64,000 bases of DNA from Octopus sinensis (lineage: Eukaryota): assembly GCF_006345805.1 (NCBI RefSeq), contig NC_042998.1, positions 57,226,001 through 57,290,000 on the forward strand, written 5' to 3'. The notes beneath the pieces were generated by a model. It saw only the letters and a program-made list of their open reading frames with translations, made no database searches and had not been told where the DNA came from. Positions 53,351 through 64,000 of the stretch are shown piece by piece. Made by a program: the position numbers and the translations under genes. Position 1 is the first letter of the stretch. The number at the start of each line of letters is the position of its first letter.

Positions 53351-54636
53351 GGCTGGTTGTTGAGCCAACTGTCTCTGCAGACGTCTTCGTTGTTATTGGT
53401 ATTGGTATTGACCACTTCGAGTTATTTCTTAGCTCGTTATTTTTTTTTTTACATATATAATCTCTTACAGCTTTTCACTTAGATTTTGTATCTCTGACTG
53501 TCACTCACTCTCACTTCTTCGACGTTTTACTTGGCCTATTATAGAGTGACCAGAGTGTCAAACACGTTGCGTTATAAGATATTCTCATTAAAAAAAAAAA
53601 GCGTTAATCAACATCTGAAACAACTTCAGTCATCAGCCATGTGTTCTGATCCTATCCTTTAGATCCTAACCTTTAGATTAATTAAAAATTAATTATTCTT
53701 CATATCATATATTATTCATTGCAATATAATTTAGGTAATTATATAGGATTACGTTTGATACTAGAACAATTTCATACAGGACTGGATATCTGAGATCATC
53801 TGTAATACTAAATTAATTTTATATGAAATGAATTGAAGTGACATAACTTAGGCGTAAACAGCTAAGATGTTATTCTTAATTTGATTAATAAGATTTCCTA
53901 ATATTGACTAACATAACCAAAGGTCAGACATTTGAGAAGGCTTGCAGTTGAGCACATTATATGACTGGTTTTAACGAAACACTGTAGAAACTTCTACCTG
54001 GCCTTTTTAACCTGCAAGAAATAATACTAAGCAAGTTTCCTCGTATAATCATAACAAAAGGAAAGATATATTGGCTAACTTAGTCTTAAGATAAACTGTC
54101 TGTCTGTAAAGGCAGTATAGTCATGGAAAGACTGTTATATCACGGTTGGGTCGGTGTGGGTTTGAGGTTAAATAACTACAAAAACCACTGGTAGTCATAA
54201 TTTTCCAGGAAGAAGTAAGACAGATGTCGACTTCTTTTGGATTCAAACTCATCAAACAAATATATTTAAAACACGGCAAAGTATGTCGCCCGACGCTCCA
54301 CCGGCTCTGAAAATCCACTACTCAAGGAATGTTCGTGATAGTATATTTTCAACACGACGTAGTGGCAGTGTCGATAAAGGTGCGGACAAAATTCCTTGGG
54401 TTATTTAGTTACGGTCATTTACGCTTTAGAGTAAAAGGGTCAATTTCCTTTTGTATCCTTCCGCAGTTGATAAATAAAACACTGGTACTACTTTAAACAT
54501 CTGTACAATGCGTCAAAATTTATCCGTATGTGAATGTCGGAAATCAGTATATCAAGTATAAGAGGCTTCGGAGGTATTTTTATAGCACTTTTCACATTTT
54601 CATTTAGTAATGAGTTTCCGTTTGTTATAAAACAAA

Positions 54637-54850
54637 GGAAGGCGGTGAGCTGGTCAAAAGGATAACGCATCAGACAAAATACTTAGCGTTTTACATTTTG
54701 AACTCAAATCCTACTGAGATCAACTTTGCCTTTTATCCTTTCCAGGTAGTTGAAATAAGGTACCAGTTAGGTGTTAGGGTCGATAAAAATCAACTTGTTC
54801 CCTGCTATTAAAATTGATGGTCTTGTGTCAAAATTAGAAAGAATAATAAA
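54637..54850 (+). mobile_element. SINE family A, diverged
   Basis: AAGGCGGTGAGCTGG...GAACTCAAATCC...AACTTTGCCTTTTATCCTTT. Confidence 0.7.
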
Positions 54851-55562
54851 ACAAACGACATTTAGTCTGCTAAAGCAAATTAATTTAAAAGAAATGCTCG
54901 CCGTTAAACGTAAAAACAACACCAACAACAACATAAATCAATGAAAGTATTGGAGGGAATCTTCTCACCGAAAATTAACGCTATTCAAGAAAGGCAATTA
55001 CCTGCTGATCTTCCTCAACACGTAGGTTATTTTTTTTTCTTTATTAATTGTGAAATCTGAGCTGTAGACACAGCTATTTCAAAATATAATGGCGGATTGT
55101 TGCGGGCGAGCGTAAATACATATGCATACATGCGCGCATAAATGAGTTTACGTGCATGCATGGACACGCATTGCATGTGTATGAGTGTGTGATCGATCGC
55201 TTGCGTATGTATGTGTGTGCGGGAATATGCTTGAGTGATTGTGTTCAATCATAAGTTATTCATTCGGAGTGTATTGTCCTCTTGACTCAAGTGCACAGAT
55301 GCATTACAAGTGAGCTGAATATAAAACGGAACAATATTAATCAAACTAATTTCTCATATTTCTATGTTACAATAATTATCAGTTTATTAGTTTTGATAAA
55401 AAGTCCTAATTGTGTGTGTGTGAGAGAGAGAGAGTGAATGTGGATGTGAACACGAGTGCGTGTGTGTACCTATATGTATGCATGTATGTATGTATGTATG
55501 TATGTATGTATGTATGTATGTATTCACGTGTGCGTATGTGTGTGCGAGTGAGCGTATATATA

Positions 55563-55601
<39 letters not shown>

Positions 55602-57677
55602 CATAGTGTATGCATGAATGTGTAAGAGCGCGTGTGTAGATGTATGTATGTGTGTGTGTGCGTGTGAGAGTGTGTGTGCACGCGATGAATCCAATACAGG
55701 ATTTGCCTTTTCCTGATTAGATTCATTTAGTCAATTAGTCGTTTGTCAAGTTTCTACAGAAGTGAGAAGAGAAAAAAAGAGAGGACTACATTAATAGCGT
55801 TAGTAGTCTTTTGTGCTTTCTTTATAACCATCTCCTCGTTAAATCTGCTGAAAATATATTGTCCTTGGGAAGGATTTATGAAGACGATCTTCTTTATTAA
55901 GTGTGTGACAAATGATTAAACATATAATGTATCCGACTGTCAATTGCATTTTATTGAGTTCGAATTTAATGTAAGTGTTTGTTTAGCTGGGTTTTTTTTA
56001 CGCACCTGTCCGTAAGAGATAAATACCAAGAACCATAGCAGCAACGTATTCATATGCACGTGAGATTAACCTTTTATCTGATTATGAAAACTAGGTTAAG
56101 CATCAATCTAAGCTACAGTAGTTCAGAAGACTATAGAAAATGACTCCCTTTTTTCATCATCTAAATTTAAATTTACCTTCTTATTTCTAAGTTAATACAT
56201 CATCTGTTTTTCCTTAAAATCTACTGAATATGTTTATTATGCCAGCTCATATTTCAATAATGTCTGAAATTTATTTACCTTCTGTTGTTTTTTCCTCAAA
56301 AATATTAAACTGCTCGAATAACTTTATTGTGGAAATCAGAGAAAAGAAATTAGTTAACTCTCTTTACATTCTTAGTTTAGATAATGTAGTTGTCTGTTTG
56401 ACAGTTCATTGTTGAAGGAGATGATATATGCAACAGGTGAAAGAACATAGGTTAGTGGTTACGGTGTTGAGCTTATCATAAGGTCGTGGATTCATTGCTG
56501 GACCATATGACGCTTTGAGCAAGAACTTTATTTCACGTTTCTTCTGTGCACTCAAGTAACTCCAGCTGTGTGCTGCTGTGGTTTTCTCTTCCTCAAACAG
56601 TCACATACTGGATATTCAGCAAGGTCAAAGTGGAAGAGCAGAGAAGAGGTCTATATCTGTTTGCAATTATATATACATCTGAAAAAAAAATCAACAAAAG
56701 CATAGTACCTTCTACCTAATCGTTCATGATTCTGAGTGCCGGCGTACAGTACATACATACATACGTACGTACAAACATACAATTATATATACATACACAC
56801 ACGCACGCGAACACAGACACATAAAATGTTTTGTGTAATATATGGATTTGTAAAACGTTGAGGCTATAACGGAAGGGTTTTTCACTGGTTTGTAAATTAC
56901 CAGATTTCCCTTATTGCCCCATCTGTTCTCTTATTGCATCTTATATTTTCATTTTATTTTATTTTTATCTCATTTTACTTCATCTTATTAAACTTCTTTG
57001 ATGTCCTTAAAAAGATTCTTCACTGATGAGAATGACAATGCATAAATTAAATTTTAAATTTCATTTTAATTTCATTCTTAATTCTAATTTCTTAATTGTT
57101 TATTTCCAATTATAATTATAATCACTATGGTTTAAATTTTTTCTCACATTTTTGCATTGTTGTTCGAAACATACGTATCCATTGAATCCAGTTTTATAAT
57201 AAATCTATTTCTGTTTCAACATCTTCTCTCCATTTTTTTAAATACTTGTTTATGGTATATTCTTATACCTATAACGAATCTCCTCAAATATTATTTTCAT
57301 ATTCTCATTACCTGTCTTGGCTGATTTTCATGAACATGATAAATCCTTATTAGAAATCACCTTTTCTCTCTTTTTGGATGCCCCAAAATGTTTGAATTAC
57401 TTTTTTTGAACTTACTTTTCACACATATATGTAGATAAAGATAGTTATATCCGGTCTAAATATTCTACCACTCGACAACTTTGAGTTTACTTCATTTGGA
57501 GATTTATGATCTACTGACGATATAATATTCTCGCTGTTTATTTCAACGTGTTCCTTTCTTTTGAAGAGCGTAGGCTTGAAACGTAAAAGACTTTCTTACC
57601 TTCCCGAGCGTCAAAATAATACACCTGGTTGTTGTTTAAACACATGTCTTCGTCTTTCGTCTTTCTGTAAATTTCAA

Positions 57678-57726
<49 letters not shown>

Positions 57727-57789
57727 CGTTTACTCGTTTCAGCCATGCGGTCGTGTTCATGCTGGTCGCATCACCACTCCTGTGTGTGC

Positions 57790-58660
57790 TTTTGTCCCAG
57801 CTGTTGGTACATTTGGATTATAAGGGTGTTTGATTCCGCTGCCCTCGTCTGTACCTGATGTCGGGCTGTTGGTCCATCCGGTATTGTGGAGAGAAGGTTG
57901 GCTAGTTCCTGTTTGAAAACATCTACTTCCGTCTTACGCAAATTTCTTAATTTTGTGGCAGGGCATTGATGAGCTGTGGGCCTTTGAATCCTATACTATT
58001 GCAGTACCTGGTCTTGAAGTTAGATGGAGTGGATGGTACCTTTGTGATGGTACCACAATACAATTGTGGCCAGTTCTGGCCTTTGTATAATGCCACAGTT
58101 AAATACTAACCTTTCTCGTATTTTCCATATGCATATCATTGCCTTTCTTTCACTCCTTCGCTCCATGGAATAAAACTGTAGTTTTCTCAGCCATTCCCTG
58201 TAGGTCATCCGCTGCACTGCTTCAATATTTTTAGTGTAATGGTGTTGGACTACTTCAAGCTCCGCTGTTAATTTGGTACTATGTAGTGACCATAACTAGG
58301 AGCAGTAGTCCAGGCGGCTGAGAACAAAGTTTCTTCACAGCGTCAACATAGTATCTTGGTCTGTTGTTTTGAAGGACCTCAGCATCCATCCTCCCAGTTG
58401 TCTCCACTTTGCTGCCATCTTGCTAATGTGCATATAAAATGATGCATCATTGTACATTCTGACCCCCAAGCCTTTCACTGCCTGTGACTCTGGAATTGTA
58501 CTGCCTTCAGATCATGTATATGTAGATTGTACTGTATTCGTGAGTTGATAGTGCAGTACTTGAAATTCCCCAGCATAAAACCGCATGTTGTTTATTTAGG
58601 CTCACTTGTATGTTGAATTTAGGTCCCGCTGTAAGCTTGTGACATGATCTTCGATATCGT
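57790..58660 (-). pseudogene. CR1-clade LINE RT C-terminus and 3' end
   Basis: Minus strand GWMLRSFKTTDQDTMLTL*RNFVLSRLDYCS*LWS; MTYREWLRKLQFYSMERRSER...IWKI. Confidence 0.85.
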
Positions 58661-59491
58661 AAAATCCATATAAGATATCATATAAAGTATAACATCATAT
58701 AATAAAATGTTATTAAAATATTTATTACAACATCTAAGATCCGATGTTAAAAGCCCCATATAACATGTATAATATATAAATTCAATTTTGTTATTAATGC
58801 AGCATCTGATGTTCCATATGATTTATAAATGGCAGAAATGTTTATGGTAAATGGAATGTATAACAATAGAATAAATGAGTATATGAAGTTATATATAAAT
58901 TTCCAAATAATATGAAATACAATACGTAAAGGGCCAGATATGTTGTATGATAATTTAAGACGGCTTATCATAAAATATATATTCGGCTTTTAAAACATTC
59001 TTTCATGCTTACTTTAAAACTGATAATAGATTATTTCGGGAAAACATCTCATTAATTTTATTTTCGATTAAATTTTATTCAAATTTTTCTTAATATGCCA
59101 TACGCGTTAAAAAAAAACATAAAGTAAGAAAAATATTAGGAATATAAACAGAATATGATATGCATACTACATGAGAAGACGAGCCACAAAAGTTTGCATT
59201 TGATATAAAAAGCGCAGAATGTGTTCGTTTCATGTATACATATATTCATACATACGTTTATACATACATAAATACATGCATATATACATACATACACACA
59301 CACGAACACACACACACACACACACATATATTAGTTAATAAATCGTTTGGTATAGACCAGAGAGTTTACCGGTGAAGCACGTTCATTTTCTGAGTTCGTT
59401 GGGTTTTTGATTAATGAGAGAGACGGAAGATGCTAGATGAGTCGGAACAATTGTAGTGATCAGAAAGCATTCTCATATATTCCATCTTCCA

Positions 59492-59556
<65 letters not shown>

Positions 59557-59833
59557 ATATATATATATTTAAATAATGAGGGAGATAAATTAATATTAAT
59601 TTTAATATCAATTTAAAACCAGTAGTCCAGCATACAAAAATCTGAGGAGTCAGAGAAAATTCTAATATATGTGTATATTGACAGGGCTTACTGCTAGGGA
59701 GTCGGCCATATGCTAGAAATAGACCATCAACGGTCAAACTAGAAGGAAATTCTCTAGAGGAAAAATACAGCGAACACCAGAACCAATTTTGGCGGGCATG
59801 ACAGATGAAAATTTATATAAAAAACAGAATTAA

Positions 59834-59906
59834 ATGCATACCTCGGTTTCAGCCTTAACAAGAGAATTACTTATGCAATCCAAATGTCCGTGCTTCTTCA
59901 GTGCAT
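59834..59906 (-). ncRNA. type I hammerhead ribozyme with extended helix II
   Basis: Minus strand ATGCA CTGAAGA AGC...GGATTGC ataa GTAATTC...GCT GAAA CCGAGG TA TGCAT. Confidence 0.8.
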
Positions 59907-60373
59907 CCGTTCATAGTAATGTAAACGGAAAAGCTAACCCCAGCTTTCGTGCCAGTACAGACACGTGTGTAGCTTTACCGATTACACTAGTGATAAAATT
60001 TCAAATGTCTTGGCTCTGGCGCGCTAATAAATTTCTGAGGCGAAGGGCTGCAGTAAATAATTCACTGCGGTTCGTGCCTAGTACTAGAGAACGTATTTAT
60101 TTCAATATTTAAATAATGAGGGAGATAAATTAATATTAATTTTAATATCAATTTAAAACCAGTAGTCCAGCATACAAAAATCTGAGGAGTCAGAGAAAAT
60201 TCTAATATATGTGTATATTGGCAGGGCTTACTGCTAGGGAGTCGGCCATATGCTAGAAATAGACCATCAACGGTCAAACTAGAAGGAAATTCTCTAGAGG
60301 AAAAATACAGCGAACACCAGAACCAATTTTGGCGGGCATGACAGATGAAAATTTATATAAAAAACAGAATTAA

Positions 60374-60446
60374 ATGCATACTTCGGTTTCAGCCTTAACA
60401 AGAGAATTACTTATGCAATCCAAATGTCCGTGCTTCTTCAGTGCAT
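60374..60446 (-). ncRNA. second hammerhead of the 540-bp tandem (helix III CCGAAG)
   Basis: Identical to 59834-59906 except one helix III base. Confidence 0.75.
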
Positions 60447-60691
60447 CCGTTCATAGTAATGTAAACGGAAAAGCTAACCCCAGCTTTCGTGCCAGTACAG
60501 ACACGTGTGTAGCTTTACCGATTACACTAGTGATAAAATTTCAAATGTCTTGGCTCTGGCGCGCTAATAAATTCCTTGTAGTTTGACCGTTGATGGTCTA
60601 TTTCTAGCATATGGCCGACTCCCTAGCAGTAAGCCCTGCCAATATATACATATATATATATATAATATATATATATATATATGTATGTATG

Positions 60692-60727
<36 letters not shown>

Positions 60728-60846
60728 TGTATGTATGTATGTATGTATGTATGTATGTATGTATGTATGTATATATGTATGTATGCATGCATGTATGTAT
60801 GTATGTATGTATGCATGTATGTATGTATGTATGTATGTTTTTTATA

Positions 60847-61540
60847 TTTCTCCAGCATGTTGGAACGAGAGTTCGAGGGTGTTAAAGAAGGAGTAAAATT
60901 TCAGTACAGAACCGGCGGAGGCTTGCTCAACCAACAGCAAAAACTAAGACTTTGTTGCAAAACAGTTCGAGATTTGTTCTTCGCACACGATTGTGCACTT
61001 GTAGCACACACATTTGAGAACATACATGGATTCTAAACACCTTCTCGAAGATTTTTGCTCTGACCATCAGCATCAACATAACTGGGCTTCTCCATCAGTC
61101 CATTCGTGACAATCCTCTCAATGTTGCCCCTACTGTATATGTTGATGGTAAAGCATTAAACAGTGTTTCCTCCTTCACTTACCTTGATTCCATTGCCTCT
61201 AATGATGCTAAGATAGATATAGAAATTGAGTCCAGTACCGGGAAAGCTAGTTCCACTTTCGGTAAACTCTATTACAGGCTTTTGAACAGCCTCGACTTAT
61301 CGTTGAAGGTGAAAGTCGATGTATATAAGTTGGTGGTTTTGACATCATTGTTTAGTGGTGCCGAATTTCGGACCCTTTTCATATGCGATGAATTTCAGAC
61401 GCTTTTCATATGCGATGTTTCCGTAGTATCTCCAAAATAAAACCGAGTGACCATATTCGTAGCTGTAAGGTGATAACAAAATACGACATGTCAGGTATCG
61501 CAGCCATCCTCATCAAAATACGACTTAGATAGGCTAGTGT
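60847..61540 (+). pseudogene. RTE-clade reverse transcriptase remnant
   Basis: VRDLFFAHDCALVAH (FADD motif decayed), SFTYLDS...GKASSTFGKL...KVKVDVYKLVVLTSLFSGAE. Confidence 0.85.
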
Positions 61541-61849
61541 ACATAGTATTATTGCTAACAATGCTGACGGAATGAGTCGACTCTATTATGTTGTGTAATA
61601 GAGCCTACCGGCTAGGGTATTATGGGTGGTCGGCTAACTGGGGCACGTCTAGGTTATATAAACAATAAAATGCCAATTACGTTTTGTGTTCCTTTACATA
61701 CTTACATACATGCGTTCTTACATGCATACATATATGCCTACATATATGCGTATGTATATATCATTGAAATGAGTCATTGAATATGCAATGTGAGGCCCTT
61801 GTATGATTCTTGATCCCGGTGAAATACTTGCACATTGTATTGCATAATG

Positions 61850-62310
61850 CACAGCTGCGCTGCTTGGCAGAACGAGCTGGTGCCGCAGTATGAACTCTTT
61901 TGACATGCCTTTCAATCCCCCAATTGAAAGGCACACCTATCCTCAGATTGCACAGGTTCTTTTGTGAACAAGAGCCGTATAACAATTTACAAGAGGTTGA
62001 TTCATGTGAGTTCTCTGGTGGTTGACCAGGCTTGCACGACTCAAGCACTTCCTCCGACAGATAAACCCATTTTCCACAGGTTCATTCTTTCTAAGCCTTC
62101 TCTTTATCTTCTCGTGATTCATTTCGTTTCTTCCAAACTTCGAAAAACCACAGTACATTCTTTACCTCCGCCCATTTCCGTCTTGTGCCTCTCTCTTCCA
62201 ATCAACAACTGAAATTCTGTGGCAGTTCTTGAACCTCGTTTTGGGTTTTCGTGTTGGCCTTCTACCATCTAACAGCTCACCATACAAAAGTTGCTTAGGA
62301 AGTCTTTCAT
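61850..62310 (-). pseudogene. RTE-clade ORF 3' end
   Basis: RMNDERLPKQLLYGELLDGRRPTRKPKTRFK; CRRKCLSRASLVNHQRTH. Confidence 0.8.
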
Positions 62311-62942
62311 CATTCATTCTCATACATACATATATCCATACATACACACATACATACATACACACATACATACATACGTACATACATACATGCATACATA
62401 CATAGGTACATACGTACGTACATACATACATACATACATACACACATACATACATATATTTATATATACGTGTCTGCAGTCATATGGATAATATATAAAG
62501 TTCACAACCATAATCACAGTGTGTATAAAAATCATGATATATCACCACACTTTCGCTGCTATACAGAGACAGACATCTTAGATCATAACTCAAAAAATGC
62601 CTCCTTGATTATCTGGTCTGAAATCGAGGGCACCTATTTTGTTTCTGTCCTTTTCCTTCTTCTAGCGAGTTACAGTGGCCTCTACTACTCCGAGCTGGCT
62701 ATATATTTGCCGTGTTCAGTTGCGTACTCGTGATTCTGTGGCGTATACAATGCTCACCTGGGAGGGACGCCGTTCCGTCGTAGAATATGTGTGTGTAGAC
62801 GTACATACATACATTTTATGATTTCGTATAAGAATAGCGATTTTATGAACCAGTTATTAGAATAATAATAAACTTTATGACGCTTTAGGGTGAAGCGTCA
62901 TATGAGTACACATCATAATATCAATTAATGAATGACAAAAGT

Positions 62943-63135
62943 TAAGGCAGCGAGTTGGCAGAATCGTTAGCACGCTGGACGGAATACTTAGCGGTAGTTT
63001 GCCCGTTGTTACGTTAATTTCGCCCTTCATCATTTCAGAGTCGATAAATTAAGTACTAATGAAACACTGGGGTCAACGTAATCAACTTCTTCCTTCCAAC
63101 CAAATTTCAGGCCTTGTTCCTTTAGTGGAAAGGAA
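62943..63135 (+). mobile_element. SINE family A
   Basis: AAGGCAGCGAGTTGGCAGAATCGTTAGCACGC...GTCGATAAATTAAGTAC...CAAATTTCAGGCCTTG. Confidence 0.8.
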
Positions 63136-63267
63136 TGAGTGACAAGAGAACTGGAGTTATGTAATGACTATCATAACCTTACTGCTGCTTTTGTTATAAG
63201 AAGCATTACAATCTGAACTGTGTGCTTGTGCGGTATTTTGTAACTTCCTTCGAGCCACGTCTTTCTG

Positions 63268-63332
<65 letters not shown>

Positions 63333-63789
63333 ATATATATATGTACACTACTGTACATATTCTGTGATCATTGACAGTTATATATATGCAGTACACTTAA
63401 ATGTATTCAAAACGATGAGGAAATATAGTTATAATTGAAAAATACATTCATTTCAAAATAGAGATTGTAATATGCTTCGCATTCAGAAATTTGGAAACTT
63501 CGTAGATTTTTGAAAGTATTTATATTGAAATTTCATATTTTGCCTTTCAAAATATGAAAATATGCAGTGTAAGCGCGCATACAGACACGGAGACGCTCAC
63601 AAACTCGTATACATACAAACAAACTCACACTCGTACAGATACACCCACGAACTTCATTCGATGAAATGACTGCTTTATAGTTTCTTAGAAAAAATAAGAA
63701 ACTTCATATTCATGTAAATGTAAGATGCATTCACATATGTTAATTATATATTAAATATGTCTACTCGTGATGCATATATCTATATGTGA

Positions 63790-64000
63790 AAGCGCGTGGT
63801 TTAATGGTTATGGTATTCGGCTTACGATTGTACGTTTGTGAGTTCAACTCCCGACGACGCGTTGTGTCCTTGTTCAAGACACTTTATTTCACGTTGCTCC
63901 AGTCCACTAAGCTGGCAAAATGAGCTGTACCTGTATTTCAAAGGGCCAGCCATGTCACACTGTCTCACGCTGAATTTCCCTGAGGACTGCGTTAAGGGTG
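63790..64000 (+). mobile_element. SINE family C, cut by window edge
   Basis: AGCGCGTGGTTTAATGGTTA...GAGTTCAACTCCC...GTGTCCTTGTTCAAGACACTTTATTTCACGTTGCTCCAGTCCACT. Confidence 0.8.

Larger units (their letters stand above)
59565..60647 (-). mobile_element. retrozyme-like element, 540-bp unit: 1.87 tandem copies (minus) plus a short inverted arm (60571-60647), flanked by (TA)n
   Basis: AAATAATGAGGGAGATAAAT at 59571 and 60111; near-identical copies; two same-strand HHRs 540 nt apart. Confidence 0.85.

Noticed and set aside
54209-54280. Candidate 72-nt exon (TTTTCCAG...GTATGT; EEVRQMSTSFGFKLIKQIYLKHGK)
   Set aside because: No recognisable product; such signals arise by chance in 64 kb. BLASTX or RNA-seq would decide.
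57022-57080. CTGATGA followed by a GAATGA/TCATTC stem (similar at 52056 and 53631)
   Set aside because: No GAAA or NUH after the stem.

Overview
Eukaryotic, AT-rich, microsatellite-dense non-coding DNA, most likely from an octopus or other coleoid cephalopod. This assignment is an inference from the recurrent tRNA-derived SINE families and the repeat landscape; no search was run. No intact host gene, rRNA, tRNA gene or CRISPR array could be supported. Almost every ORF in the supplied track is microsatellite translation, SINE sequence or decayed transposon coding sequence: mariner, Tigger/pogo, hAT, Helitron-like, CR1, RTE, Tx1/L1-like, R4/Dong-like and Penelope-like (PLE) GIY-YIG remnants. 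The notable signal is RNA-level. The window holds at least 7 apparently intact and 4 damaged minimal type I hammerhead ribozyme (HHR) motifs, several inside short non-coding tandem units (352, 358, ~490 and 540 bp). Three of the four sit in (TA)n tracts and two are arranged head-to-head. Two diverged copies show compensatory base changes. This is the architecture of PLE-mobilised retrozymes (ribozyme-bearing non-autonomous retroelements that can yield small circular RNAs), here in several distinct families next to remnants of candidate autonomous PLE partners.
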